A stretch of DNA of 64,000 nt from Pirellulales bacterium (GCA_035547915.1 DASZTS010000116.1:10539-74538), one strand, 5' to 3'. Shown: positions 11,001 to 20,678, counted from the first letter of the stretch. The notes: generated by a model not told the origin, from the sequence alone. Numbers and translations are program-made.

Positions 11001-11182
11001 TGTGGCAGTTGCCCGGCCAGGCAATCGCACACGGCGCCGAGCAGATCGAGCGTCAACCCGGCCGTCGCCATGCTCACCAGGTTGGCATGGGCATGCTGCG
11101 GGTCGTTGAGCCCCCAAGAACGCAACCAGGCCTCCGCCTCGGCCGGGTTGTCCAGATAGCGACGAAGATGATCGAGTTGCAT
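8042..11182 (-). CDS. glnE: Bifunctional glutamine synthetase adenylyltransferase/adenylyl-removing enzyme
   Basis: Two nucleotidyltransferase domains: MGKLGGVELNYSSDIDL / VDLRLRPEG and LGKLGGRELNYHSDLDL / VDLRLRPTG. 1046 aa. Confidence 0.97.
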   Translation of the reverse strand: MQLDHLRRYLDNPAEAEAWLRSWGLNDPQHAHANLVSMATAGLTLDLLGAVCDCLAGQLPQASDPDMALNNLDRFVAAARSPLALGSLFERDVDSLPILLQIFSTSQYFSDLLINDPGGYDLLRMTEGHPVHRDVLAAELASEIDALSDTAAVSAALRRFKRRETLRIAYGDLIRGQPLEVVASQISFLADAIVEAAVRFVRRKLSEKRGQPRRPDGKPARFAVLAMGKLGGVELNYSSDIDLLFIYECDGKTDGPRPTTNVEYVDRLVRDVVKLLTESTELGYVYRVDLRLRPEGERGPVAHSLEAALSYYDVLGRTWERQAYVKARAVAGDRDLGDEFLQALEPWIYRRYLSLADITGIKALKRRIEHRVMSEGDESRNVKTGRGGIRDVEFAIQFLQLLNGGDLPELRTGNTLEALTQLQGVGCLTHQECSLLDENYRFLRKIEHRLQILFDLQTHLLPDESNETRKLAIRMGYRDAPGKTALAAFEADYQTKTEVNRRILDHLLHDAFGDDAQTEPEVDLVLDPSPPPDKISVVLGRYPFRDVPLAYQNLVSLATEKLRFLLTRRCRHFLAAIAPRLLRAIAATPDPDSTLVNLEKVSDSLGGKGVLWELFSFNPPSMNLYVELCSSSPYLSSILISNPGMIDELMDSLVLNKLPTRPSLRETLTELARGAEDLEPILHSFKNTMQLRVGVRDILGKEDVHATTEALSDVAETCVEAIAHSEYAKLVAKWGEPTIAGGSRTGERCEYAILALGKLGGRELNYHSDLDLVFLYEADGPTFHGPRGRRNATTTTNQHFFSELGQRIVKICSRLGPYGKLYEVDLRLRPTGKSGALATTLAEFGRYFAEGAGQLWERQAMTKARVSVASPVLVAEVEQVIARAAYDHPWPNGGSEAIRDMRRRMEESAPANNIKRGPGGIVDIEFLVQMLQLKHGRDNPAIRSPNTLAALQQLHQHGYLSNADYEYFSTSYRFLRTVESRLRLMQAPTRVLPDDPIELAKLAHALGYGDGDELQAECRHYLGRNRERFDAIFGTEAQTLSEFVPG

Positions 11183-11192
11183 GGCGGAAGAG

Positions 11193-12614
11193 TCAGACTT
11201 TCAGCTCAAAAACCTCGGGGCCCACGTGGCTCGTGATGACGCTGCCGAATAGGGTAAACGCATTGGCCTCGTAGACGACGATCGGCAGAAACTGTCCGAT
11301 CAGGCGGCGATTTCCTTCGAAGACGACGATGCGGTCGCAGTTGGTCCGGCCGGTGAGCTGGAGCAGGTCACCGTCGTCGTGTTGTTTGCGGCTGGCCTTG
11401 CTCGGCCCTTCGACGAGCACCGTCACTTCGCGACCTAAGAACGCTTGGTTGTCCTCCTCGCTGATGGCGTTCTGGATGGCGAGGAGTTCGTTGTTGCGGC
11501 GGCGCTTGACGTCTTCGGGCACGTCGTCGGCAAAGAGCTCGTCGGCCTTGGTGCCGGGACGCGGGCTGTACTTGAAGATAAAGCTGTTCTTGAACCGCGA
11601 CTCGCGCACCAGTTCGGCAGTCGCCTCGAAATCGGCCTCGGTCTCGCCGCAGAAACCGACGATGAAATCGCTCGTCACCGCGGCGTCGGAAATCACGCTG
11701 CGAATGCGGCAGAGCATCTCGCGATATTCCGCGACCGTGTATCCGCGCTTCATGCGACGCAGCATTTCGTCCGAACCGCTCTGTGCCGGCACGTGCAGGT
11801 AGTGCGAGCATTTGGGCAGATCGCGCACGGCCTCTAGCAGACCCTGGGTCATGTCCTTGGGGAAATTCGTGACGAACTTGATCCGGTCGATCCCGTCGAC
11901 GTCGTGCAGACGGTAGAGCAGATCGGCCAGGCGGGTCGTACGGCCGCCTGCCTGGTAGCGGTAGCTGTTTACCGTTTGACCGAGCAGGGTGATCTCGCGA
12001 CATCCCTCCGCGGCGAGCTTTTTTACCTCGGCCTCGATATGCTCCGGCGGTCGACTCTGTTCCGGCCCGCGCACGCTGGGCACGATGCAATAGGTACAGA
12101 ACTTGTCGCAGCCGATCATGATCCGCACGAATGCCTGGTAAGGCGACGGCCGCATCTGTTCGTCGCGCAATGGATCGTAGCTCTCGAAGCTGGCTTCGAC
12201 TTCGTCGCGGCTGCCTGCCTTGCGATCGAGGCTGACTTCCAGACGTGGCCCGCTCCCGCCGGCGATTTCCTCGATCAACGACGGCACCTGGTGAAGCTGG
12301 CCGGGTCCGACCACGAGATCGACATATGGAGCCCGCTCGAAGATCAGCCGCTGATCCTTTTGTGCCATGCAACCGAGCACGCCGATGATCTTGTGCGGAT
12401 TGTGCTGCTTGGCGTGTTTGAGTCGGCCCAGGGCGCTATAGATCTTGTCTTCGGCATGTTGCCGTACGCTGCACGTATTGAACAGGATCGCGTCGGCTTC
12501 CTTGGCGGTCGCCACCAACTCGTAGCCCTGTTTGCGCAGACTTGCCACCACCAGCTCGCTGTCGAGCATGTTCATCTGGCAGCCGACGGTTTCGATGTAC
12601 AGCTTGCGACCCAT
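11193..12614 (-). CDS. miaB: tRNA i6A37 methylthiotransferase MiaB
   Basis: GCQMN, NTCSVR, GCMAQ, radical-SAM GCDKFCTYC and a C-terminal TRAM domain. Confidence 0.97.
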   Translation of the reverse strand: MGRKLYIETVGCQMNMLDSELVVASLRKQGYELVATAKEADAILFNTCSVRQHAEDKIYSALGRLKHAKQHNPHKIIGVLGCMAQKDQRLIFERAPYVDLVVGPGQLHQVPSLIEEIAGGSGPRLEVSLDRKAGSRDEVEASFESYDPLRDEQMRPSPYQAFVRIMIGCDKFCTYCIVPSVRGPEQSRPPEHIEAEVKKLAAEGCREITLLGQTVNSYRYQAGGRTTRLADLLYRLHDVDGIDRIKFVTNFPKDMTQGLLEAVRDLPKCSHYLHVPAQSGSDEMLRRMKRGYTVAEYREMLCRIRSVISDAAVTSDFIVGFCGETEADFEATAELVRESRFKNSFIFKYSPRPGTKADELFADDVPEDVKRRRNNELLAIQNAISEEDNQAFLGREVTVLVEGPSKASRKQHDDGDLLQLTGRTNCDRIVVFEGNRRLIGQFLPIVVYEANAFTLFGSVITSHVGPEVFELKV

Positions 12615-12683
12615 TCATTCGTCGGGGCCGGCCCCGACTGTCTCCGACATTCTTATCGTGCGTGTTCCGTGCTCATCCCAATG

Positions 12684-12863
12684 CTAAGGATGCGCCGCCT
12701 CGCTGGGTGCCTCTTGGCCCGAGCTCTGGCTGGCCTTGGCCGCCGTGGCTCCTTCGCGCAGGTCGTCCAACAGACTTTTCCGCCGGGCGGTCATCAGACG
12801 GACCAGGCTGAGTGTGGCGACATAGGCAGCCACGACCCAGATTGCCACGTCCCATCCATTCAT
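12684..12863 (-). CDS. Small membrane protein (59 aa), absent from the ORF track
   Basis: Translated by hand: MNGWDVAIWVVAAYVATLSLVRLMTARRKSLLDDLREGATAAKASQSSGQEAPSEAAHP. GAGG SD upstream; one TM helix followed by basic residues. Confidence 0.7.
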   Translation of the reverse strand: MNGWDVAIWVVAAYVATLSLVRLMTARRKSLLDDLREGATAAKASQSSGQEAPSEAAHP

Positions 12864-13016
12864 AAGAGGACCTCATCCTGCATCCTTGCCACCGGCAACG
12901 TACCCTATTCCAAGCTCCTTATCTTACCTTCCCCACACGGTTTGCGGCGAGGGGGATTTTTGCGGTCGTGTGGAATTCCAGGGATGGCCATGGGGATAGG
13001 GATGTCACCGACGGCC

Positions 13017-13487
13017 TCATCGGTAGCCCAACGATCGATAAAAGCCCGCGGCAGCCGTCCAGCCCGTGTGGCTTTCGAGAGCCGTCCGCCGCTCGCCTTG
13101 CTCCCAGCACGCTCGTTCGAGGCACGTTACGAGCAACCTGCCGATTCCTCGGCGGCGCCATTCGGGCACGACCATCAGCCAGTGGACGACGCTTGTCGCC
13201 GTCGGTGGCCGGCCGCGCACGCCGAGAGTGACGGAACCGATCGTTTCGTCGGCTTCGGCAAACCACATCCGATCGGCAGACCACCACCACTTGTCGAGGA
13301 ATTCGGCGGCGAAATCGGCTTGTGACCAAGGTCGCACCGCCGGCCTCTCGCCCGCGAACGTACGTTCTCGCAAGCCGAGCCAAACGTCGATATCGCATTC
13401 CCCACCGAAGGTGCGGAGCGAGATGCCCGGCACGCTAGGCACCGTCGGCCTCGTCACAAGCTCGTGTGAAAGTTGAGTGACGGCCAT
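13017..13487 (-). CDS. GNAT family N-acetyltransferase
   Basis: LMVVPEWRRRGIGRLL acetyl-CoA motif A and FYRSLGY. Start placed at MAVTQL to avoid overlap with the upstream gene. Confidence 0.85.
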   Translation of the reverse strand: MAVTQLSHELVTRPTVPSVPGISLRTFGGECDIDVWLGLRERTFAGERPAVRPWSQADFAAEFLDKWWWSADRMWFAEADETIGSVTLGVRGRPPTATSVVHWLMVVPEWRRRGIGRLLVTCLERACWEQGERRTALESHTGWTAAAGFYRSLGYR

Positions 13488-13507
13488 GGACGAGCATCGC
13501 GTCGATT

Positions 13508-14662
13508 CTAGCTCGCGCTGTGCAAGATCAGCTTCGTCAGTTCCGGTCGGCACCGCCAGCGCACGGGATGTCTCCCTGAAATCCCGCGCGAGACGTAGAG
13601 CAGCGTCGGCGGAGCATCGAACGCGCCCGACGCAAATTGGCAACCGTGCACGCTAGGCGAATACATGGGGCCGACGACCGGCAGCACCACCTGGCCACCA
13701 TGGTTGTGCCCCGACAACATCAGGTCGAGTCGCTGCTTGCGCGACCACGAAAGGTTGTCGGGGGTGTGACTCAAGAGGATGCGGAATGCGTCGCCGGGCT
13801 GGGGCGAGAAGTCGGGGTGACGCCCCATCCAAGGCAGTTCGCTGCCGCCCAACACGATCGGTGGCTTGTTTTCGTCGAGCACAACGGTCGTGCCTGCAAC
13901 ATCGCGCCACCCGAGGTCGGTCATGCGCTGCCGGATGACGGCCGGTTCGAGGTACCAATCGTGATTACCTAGGATGAAGAAGCGGCCCAGCGGAGCTTCG
14001 AGCCGGCCCAGCGTCGGTGGTAGCCAGTCGATGAGCCGCATGTCGTCGAGAAGGTCGCCCGTGAAGACGATCAAATCGGGACGCGCTTGTTGCGCTAGCT
14101 CGGTCAGCCGCTCGAAGAAAGGCAGATCGATCGTGCCGATGAAATGAAAGTCGGTCAAATGCAAGATCGATAGGCCATGCCACACCCGCGGCAATCGCGG
14201 CAGGCGATAGACCTTTTCCGAGACTTCGACTTCGAAGACCTGATTCCGCGGCAGACGTGCCAGCGTGCGATACGGCCCGTTGCCGATCGGTCGGAATCCA
14301 AGCTCGTTCGCGACGTCGACGACATGCGTGTGGTTCGATACTTGGGCCGTCGGCGCGCGACGGCAAGCGTAGCGGATCGCCGAATAGACCATGCCGAGCG
14401 TTCCCAGGCCGCACAGAGCCAGATAGATCTTCCAGCCGACAGGCAACTGCAACCAGCTTCCTCCGGCGAGCAACTTCGCGCCGTGCCAACCGACGAGCCA
14501 GGCCAAGAGCACCGGTAGCAGCACGATCAGCAATTCGTGAACATCACGCACGACCCGCAGTGCCGATCCGCGGATGCGATAGGCGTGCAGTCTGTTGACA
14601 AGCGTGACGATCAGTTCCAGTTGGCCCGCCGCCAGCAGCAACAAGAGCAGCGCATTCAGCAT
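13508..14662 (-). CDS. Membrane-anchored metallophosphoesterase (calcineurin-like, YkuE type)
   Basis: HLTDFH, TGDLLD, LGNHD, LSHTPD, GHNHGGQ and N-terminal TM helices. Confidence 0.92.
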   Translation of the reverse strand: MLNALLLLLLAAGQLELIVTLVNRLHAYRIRGSALRVVRDVHELLIVLLPVLLAWLVGWHGAKLLAGGSWLQLPVGWKIYLALCGLGTLGMVYSAIRYACRRAPTAQVSNHTHVVDVANELGFRPIGNGPYRTLARLPRNQVFEVEVSEKVYRLPRLPRVWHGLSILHLTDFHFIGTIDLPFFERLTELAQQARPDLIVFTGDLLDDMRLIDWLPPTLGRLEAPLGRFFILGNHDWYLEPAVIRQRMTDLGWRDVAGTTVVLDENKPPIVLGGSELPWMGRHPDFSPQPGDAFRILLSHTPDNLSWSRKQRLDLMLSGHNHGGQVVLPVVGPMYSPSVHGCQFASGAFDAPPTLLYVSRGISGRHPVRWRCRPELTKLILHSAS

Positions 14663-14912
14663 GAGACAAGCATTCCGTTCCGCATACGCAGCCCCAACCC
14701 AAGCAGCCTCCCTGCTTGCCGCCGCATCACCGACCTGGCCGATTGGGCAGCATAGCTCATTTCGCTGGGCAGGGTCAGGCCATCCGCGTGCTAGATTTTA
14801 TTAGAGGCCGCAAGCGACCAGTCAGCACATCTCGCATTTCCGACGTGTCTGAACGGCTTTGCCGGCTTGTTCGCCGGGGGCGGATATCGTTCACGAACTG
14901 TGTGTGATAGCC

Positions 14913-15326
14913 ATGCGTTCTCTATATTCACTTGCCTTTTTTGCGACTGTACTCCTTGCGCCGGCAACCCTCTGGGCTCAGTTGCCGCCCGGTTATTGGA
15001 GCTATTACGACTCGGGCAACAAGAATTATCACCGCCAGAAAGCCCATCATGAACACAGTCGGCAGCAGGCACCGCGCACAGCGCAGGAACCGCGCCATGG
15101 CGTGTACGAACCCTGGGCCGACGCAGGTCCCCCGGCCGATCCGATGGACTACGCGGGCCGCGGCATGACGGGGCGTGGGTTAAGTGCCTATCAAAGCAAC
15201 GGCTACACGGGGCCGAACCAGAATCTGTATTACGGCTATTGGGATGGCGGATTCCAACCCGGTCTGTACGGCTTCTCGATGTACTCGCACTTCGATCGGC
15301 CGGGCTTCACGTATTGGCAATACTGA
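14913..15326 (+). CDS. Small secreted Tyr/Gly-rich hypothetical protein
   Basis: Signal peptide MRSLYSLAFFATVLLAPATLWA-Q and an aromatic-rich mature region. Confidence 0.7.
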   Translation: MRSLYSLAFFATVLLAPATLWAQLPPGYWSYYDSGNKNYHRQKAHHEHSRQQAPRTAQEPRHGVYEPWADAGPPADPMDYAGRGMTGRGLSAYQSNGYTGPNQNLYYGYWDGGFQPGLYGFSMYSHFDRPGFTYWQY

Positions 15327-15400
15327 TTCGGCAGTGAAGGTGAAAACGTGCGCGCATCGGGCAACTCCCGTCCTAGGGCGACGGAGAGTATGATGACCCA

Positions 15401-15970
15401 ATGCCCAAAATCTTGATGCCGATCGGCGACGCCAGCGAAGTGATGGATACGCTCTATCCATTCTTTCGCTTGCCCGAAGACGGATTCGACGTCGTTGTGT
15501 GCGGCCCCGAAGCCCGTCTCTATCATCTGGTGACGCATGAGATTCCGCCGGCACCGGAGCGTTGGGATATCACCCGCGAAGGCCCTGGTTACCATTTGCG
15601 GGCTACGGTTGCCTTCCACGATATCCGCCCGCGCGTCGACGACTTCGCGGGGCTGTTCCTGTCCGGCGGCCGAGCTCCCGAGTATCTGCGCTACGATCGC
15701 GACCTGCTCGCCATGACTCGCCATTTTTTCGAGATGGGCAAGCCGGTAGCGTCCGTGTGCCACGGCATCGAAATCTTGACGGCGGCGGGTGTCGTGCGCG
15801 GCAGAAGGGTGACGACCGTAGCCAAATGTGCGCTCGACGCGGAACAAGGTGGCGCCACCTATGTCGACGAACCGTGCGTTGTCGACGGCAATCTCGTTAC
15901 CGCTCGAACATGGCACGATAACACGCCGTTTATGAAGGCGTTTGTCACCCTATTGCTGGCGGCGGCCTGA
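15401..15970 (+). CDS. DJ-1/PfpI family protein
   Basis: [15 protein letters not shown] nucleophile elbow and DGNLVTA. Confidence 0.93.
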   Translation: MPKILMPIGDASEVMDTLYPFFRLPEDGFDVVVCGPEARLYHLVTHEIPPAPERWDITREGPGYHLRATVAFHDIRPRVDDFAGLFLSGGRAPEYLRYDRDLLAMTRHFFEMGKPVASVCHGIEILTAAGVVRGRRVTTVAKCALDAEQGGATYVDEPCVVDGNLVTARTWHDNTPFMKAFVTLLLAAA

Positions 15971-15982
15971 AGGCTGCCGAGC

Positions 15983-16132
15983 TTACAGCGTGGCTTCGAG
16001 CAACGCGTCGTTCATCAGCGAGGCATTCAACAGCGCCAGTTGGCCCATGAGCCAGATACTGCGAGGAAGCCGGTCCCAAATTGGAACTCGCCCGGCCGCG
16101 GTGTCGTCCGCCGCACGAGAAGAGTCGCTCAT
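15983..16132 (-). pseudogene. Possible N-terminal remnant of an MFS transporter (49 codons)
   Basis: RLPRSIWLMG...SLMNDA resembles the first helix of some MFS permeases, and the frame stops right after it. Similarity is weak and judged by eye. Confidence 0.25.
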
Positions 16133-16606
16133 CAACGAAGCCGAATGAGGTCCGGATCGATGTGCCGCACGATCGGGCGGCGGAGACTGGACGATCGAAT
16201 GATCGGTCGAGAGGGAGGCAGCCTTATCGCTCCGACATGGTAAAGGGTCTTCGCCCTGCGAACTACCACCGAGGTCGTCAGCGACCATCGATTCTTACCT
16301 TTCCTTAACTTGAGAAGAAATCGTATTATCGGAATGCCCGACAGGGCTCGTTACCTGTTGGGCCAGAGCATCTTGCCGCCCAAAGCAACGTCATTAGGCA
16401 TTCTAGCGGGTGGTGGTCAAGATGCAAATTTTTTCTTGGTTAGATTGTCTATAGAAATTCACGTCGGCCAACAGCCCACCGTCGCTTGAGCCCGATTTCG
16501 TCGCGCTCGCTCGCGGTGCGTCTGGCCACCGTCGCGCGAGCCCGCTACGATTCGCTGGGGTCGGATTCTCGGCGGGAAGGGACGAGCTGTTCGGAGGCAA
16601 ACAAAA

Positions 16607-17326
16607 TTGAGCGACACGAGCAACCGCGACGGGGCAAGCACCCGAGACGATCTCACTAAATCGGCGCGTCCTCGGGCGGCGGTCTTCGATCTGGATGGCC
16701 TGCTGTTCAATACCGAGGAACTCTACCAGGACGTGGGCAGCGAACTGTTGCGGCGCCGCGGCCACGAGTTCGGAGCCGAACTACTGCACGCCATGATGGG
16801 GCGGCCCGGCCGCGTCGCCCTGCAAATGATGATCGATTACCACCAGCTCGGTGATACGGTCGAAACGCTGGCCCAGGAGAGCGCGGAGATCTTCCCGGCC
16901 ATCCTCGACGAGCGGCTGGAGTTCATGCCAGGCGTGCCCGAGCTGCTGGGTGCGTTGGAACGCGCAGGCATCCCGAAGGCGGTGGCTACGTCGAGCGGCC
17001 TGCGCTTTACTCGCGACGTGCTCGGACGGTTCGACCTGGAACCCCGATTCCAGTTCTTGCTCACCGCCGAAGACGTGGTCGACGGCAAGCCGCATCCCGA
17101 GATTTACCTCAAGGCGGCTGCCACGTTCGGCTTCGAGCCTTCGCAAATCGTCGTATTCGAAGACAGCCAGAACGGCTGCCGGGCGGCCGTCGCCGCCGGT
17201 GCGGCAGCGGTGGCGGTACCAGGTGGTCACAGCCGCGGGCACGACTTCGCGGGCGCCCGGCTCGTCGCCGATACGCTGGCCGATCCACGCATTTACACGT
17301 TGCTGGGTATTCCCCAAGTCGACTGA
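16607..17326 (+). CDS. HAD family phosphatase (beta-PGM-like, subfamily IA)
   Basis: FDLDGLL, VATSS, GKPHPEIY and FEDSQNG. Confidence 0.93.
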   Translation: MSDTSNRDGASTRDDLTKSARPRAAVFDLDGLLFNTEELYQDVGSELLRRRGHEFGAELLHAMMGRPGRVALQMMIDYHQLGDTVETLAQESAEIFPAILDERLEFMPGVPELLGALERAGIPKAVATSSGLRFTRDVLGRFDLEPRFQFLLTAEDVVDGKPHPEIYLKAAATFGFEPSQIVVFEDSQNGCRAAVAAGAAAVAVPGGHSRGHDFAGARLVADTLADPRIYTLLGIPQVD

Positions 17327-17339
17327 TCGGCTATTCCCG

Positions 17340-18635
17340 TCACGCGGTCGGATACTGCCACGGACTGCGGTAAACGCGGCTCAGCAGTTCGTTGGCTTGG
17401 CTGTCGCCGACGATCACCTCTTTGTCGCCGTCCCATTCGATGCTGCGGCCCAGCTTCAGCGACAGCATGGCGAGCAGGCTCATGTTCGTTGAGCGATGGC
17501 CGATCTCGATATCACACACCGGCGGCTTGCCCGACCGAATCGAGTCCAAGAAATTCGCCCACAGTTCCTTGATGTTTTGCTTGTCTGGCTCGTTCAGTTG
17601 CGGCCCTTGATGGATGGGCTGGACGTTACCGATCGGGTAGAAGGTCCAGCCGTCTTCCCAGCCCATGTGAAACGTTCCCTTGGTGCCGTAGAAGTAGCAG
17701 CCGATGTTGTGCTTCTCGGCGTCGTTGCCGGCATACTGCCGGTGCTCCCAGACGGCCGTGAACGATTCGAATTCGAAGCTGGCCACCTGCGTGTCGGGCG
17801 CCGTCGTGTTGTCGCGCTTGATCGGTCGACCGCCCGTCGAAAACACGCGCCGCGGCCATTTTTCCTCGGTCCACCAGAGAATCTGATCCATCCAGTGGAT
17901 TCCCCAATCGCCGAGCTGGCCGTTCGCGTAATCGAGGAATTGTCTGAAGCCCTTGGGGTGCAGCGCCTTGTTGTAGGGAACCAGTGGAGCGGGGCCACAC
18001 CACATATCCCAATCAAGTCCCGCGGGCGGCTCGCTGTCGGGCACCGGCTCGCCCGGACCACCATAGTAATGCACAAACGCCCTCACCATACCGATTTTGC
18101 CGGCATTTCCTTCTTTGAGGAATTTCATGCCCGACATATTGTGCGGCGAGACGCGGCGGTGTGTGCCGACTTGCACCACGCGCCCAGCGTTACGGGCGGC
18201 GTTGACCATCGCTCGGCCTTCTCGCACCGTGTGGCCGATCGGCTTTTCGACATAAACGTGCGCACCCGATTTGACGGCGGCGATCGTGATGAGTGGGTGC
18301 CAATGATCGGGCGTGGCGACGATCACGATTTCCGGTTTCTGCTCGTCGAGTAGCTCGCGAAAATCCTTGTACGTTTTCGGCTTGTCGCTGGTATGTTTGG
18401 CGATATCGGCCTGGCAGACCTTGAGCTGGTTGTCGTCGACGTCCGCCAGCGCGACGATCTCGTTCTGGCCGCTCCAGATGGCTTCGCGCAGGATATTGGT
18501 TCCCCACCAGCCACTACCGATCAAGGCCGTGCGATACTTTTTGTCGGTCTTGGAGGCCAAAAGCAGGTTCGGCGCCGAGAGGGCGACGCTTGTGGCAACC
18601 GAGTTTTGGACGAATTTTCGGCGAGAAATGCTCAT
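17340..18635 (-). CDS. Gfo/Idh/MocA oxidoreductase with Tat signal
   Basis: SRRKF twin-arginine motif, IGSGWWG, ATPDHWH, VYVEKP and DWGIH. Confidence 0.95.
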   Translation of the reverse strand: MSISRRKFVQNSVATSVALSAPNLLLASKTDKKYRTALIGSGWWGTNILREAIWSGQNEIVALADVDDNQLKVCQADIAKHTSDKPKTYKDFRELLDEQKPEIVIVATPDHWHPLITIAAVKSGAHVYVEKPIGHTVREGRAMVNAARNAGRVVQVGTHRRVSPHNMSGMKFLKEGNAGKIGMVRAFVHYYGGPGEPVPDSEPPAGLDWDMWCGPAPLVPYNKALHPKGFRQFLDYANGQLGDWGIHWMDQILWWTEEKWPRRVFSTGGRPIKRDNTTAPDTQVASFEFESFTAVWEHRQYAGNDAEKHNIGCYFYGTKGTFHMGWEDGWTFYPIGNVQPIHQGPQLNEPDKQNIKELWANFLDSIRSGKPPVCDIEIGHRSTNMSLLAMLSLKLGRSIEWDGDKEVIVGDSQANELLSRVYRSPWQYPTA

Positions 18636-19127
18636 GATGGTACTCGTGTGAAAGGACCTGCGAATATTCAGAGTCTAGTTGCTGCGAGCGCCCGATCTCC
18701 GAATGGCGACGAGTAGGGGTTCAACGAATCCATGGGCGAGGTCATCGGATACCGCACAGGGATATGCAAACGAACGAACGCGAGACAGGAGCAACCGCGA
18801 GGTTAATCGCTTGGGCGTGGGTTGGCAAGTTCGCGATCGCCGCGCTGCGAGGCAGCCCGTCTGTGCGGAGCTATCGGCAATGTCGCGTTTTCGCGCCCGA
18901 CCGGTCGTGCGGTTCCATTTCTGCGGCCTTTACCGGGTATGCGCGTGGCGTCGGGTAGCTGAAAACCGGCTGTGCTGACTATGCGAGAACGGAGTTTCTA
19001 ACGGCGATAGGCCATGCCGAATTCTCTTAGCGCCCCTTAGTGGCACGGTCGATGGGCAATACTGGATTTTCCGGCTGCCCCGGATGGCGCCGAACGATTT
19101 TGCCGTCTACATCACGGTCGATCACGG

Positions 19128-20678
19128 ATGACGACTTCAGCCAATTACATTCGCTTGGTGCGGGGCGCTGCGCCCTGGATCGGCATCCTGCTCCTGGCGG
19201 GTTGCAATCAGCAGCCCGAGTCGACACCGGTGGCCGCCGGGGTGGAAGCTGCCGCCGACTCAGAGCCGAACGAGTTGCAAACCGGGCACGAGCGGTATCT
19301 GAAGCCGATCACCGATGCGAGCGTCGAGACGTACAAGACACTCCCCGTGGCCTACCCGGCGAGCGAGATCGCGCCGCCTCTCCGTATCGCCCGGCCGTTC
19401 CCCCTGACCGACCCGCAATTCCCCTTGCCGCGGACGGAGCTGCCGCAGTCGGTCGTGACCGGCGTACAACCTCTTAATGAGGTTCCGGCTACTACCGATG
19501 CCGAACAAGCGGCAGTCGAACCGGATCCGCCGACTCTCCAGGGCGAGAGTGAGCAACCCCGCACGGACCGCTCCGGCCCGCCCGAGCGCCTACCGGCAAT
19601 ATTCGTCGCCTCGACCCAGATGGCAGACCGTGGCCCGACCCTCAACCCGGCCCCAACCCCCATGGCATTCCCCTCGCAGCCGGCCGAGCCAGTGCAAGCC
19701 GCGATGCCGGGACAGCGGCCGACCGCGCAGCCAACGGCAATGCGGGCTGTGAGTCGACAGGCCGAGCAGTTGATTCGGCACGGCTACTATCTGGCCGAAC
19801 GCGGGGCATTGTATTCCGCGCGGGCCGATTTCATCCAAGCGCTGCGGACCATCACCCAAGCGATCGACGTGCAGACGGGCTTCCGTGCGCGCACCCAAGC
19901 CCTGGCCGCGGGTCTCACGGCCCTGGAAGAGGCCGAAGATTTTGTGCCCGAGGGAGCGGCGATGGAAGTCGACCTCGACCTCGGCACACTCATCCACGCT
20001 CACCGCACACCGGTGTGCAAACAGATGGATGCGGCCAATCTGCTGCCGGTGACCGTCCTGCAACACTATTTCACGTACGCTCAACAGCAACTCACCACGG
20101 CGGCGAACAACGAAGAGGCCGCCTCGATGGCCCTCTACGGCCTGGGCAAGACCTACAGTACGCTGGCGATCGAGAAGTCGTTGTCGGCGGCCGTTGCCGA
20201 GCCGAAAGCGATGGTCTTTCATTGGGCGGCCATTTCGTCGCACGGAGGCAATTTCCTCGCCGCCAACGAGTTGGCCGTGCTCGAAGCGCGCTGGGGCCAA
20301 TACGCCACAGCCCGCTCGTTGCTCCAATACAGCCTCGCCATCGTGCCCCATTCTGCCGTGTGGCGCAACCTATCGAAGGTGCATCAGCGGCTCGGCGAGA
20401 CTCGCCTGGCCGAACTCGCAATGCACGAAGCCGAGATTTCCGCCAAGCGTGAAGCCACTGCCACTCCGGGCAATCCGGAAGGGATCGTGCCGTCGACCGA
20501 CGTGCAGTGGCTCGACAGTAAAGAGTTCGCCTCGACCAGCCGTTCCGAAATCGACGTGCAAAAACCCGCCGCGGCCGACACCGATCAACAGCCCCCGCGC
20601 GTCAAAGCCACGCCCGTGGTCGCTCCGGCGCCGGCGCGGCAGCGTTCGGCCGGAGCGTGGTTCCCCTGGTTCCGATAA
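19128..20678 (+). CDS. Putative lipoprotein with Pro-rich linker and TPR-like helical domain
   Basis: Lipobox LLLAG-C, and TPR-like ALYGLGK, AANELAVL and VWRNLSKVHQRLG. Confidence 0.75.
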   Translation: MTTSANYIRLVRGAAPWIGILLLAGCNQQPESTPVAAGVEAAADSEPNELQTGHERYLKPITDASVETYKTLPVAYPASEIAPPLRIARPFPLTDPQFPLPRTELPQSVVTGVQPLNEVPATTDAEQAAVEPDPPTLQGESEQPRTDRSGPPERLPAIFVASTQMADRGPTLNPAPTPMAFPSQPAEPVQAAMPGQRPTAQPTAMRAVSRQAEQLIRHGYYLAERGALYSARADFIQALRTITQAIDVQTGFRARTQALAAGLTALEEAEDFVPEGAAMEVDLDLGTLIHAHRTPVCKQMDAANLLPVTVLQHYFTYAQQQLTTAANNEEAASMALYGLGKTYSTLAIEKSLSAAVAEPKAMVFHWAAISSHGGNFLAANELAVLEARWGQYATARSLLQYSLAIVPHSAVWRNLSKVHQRLGETRLAELAMHEAEISAKREATATPGNPEGIVPSTDVQWLDSKEFASTSRSEIDVQKPAAADTDQQPPRVKATPVVAPAPARQRSAGAWFPWFR

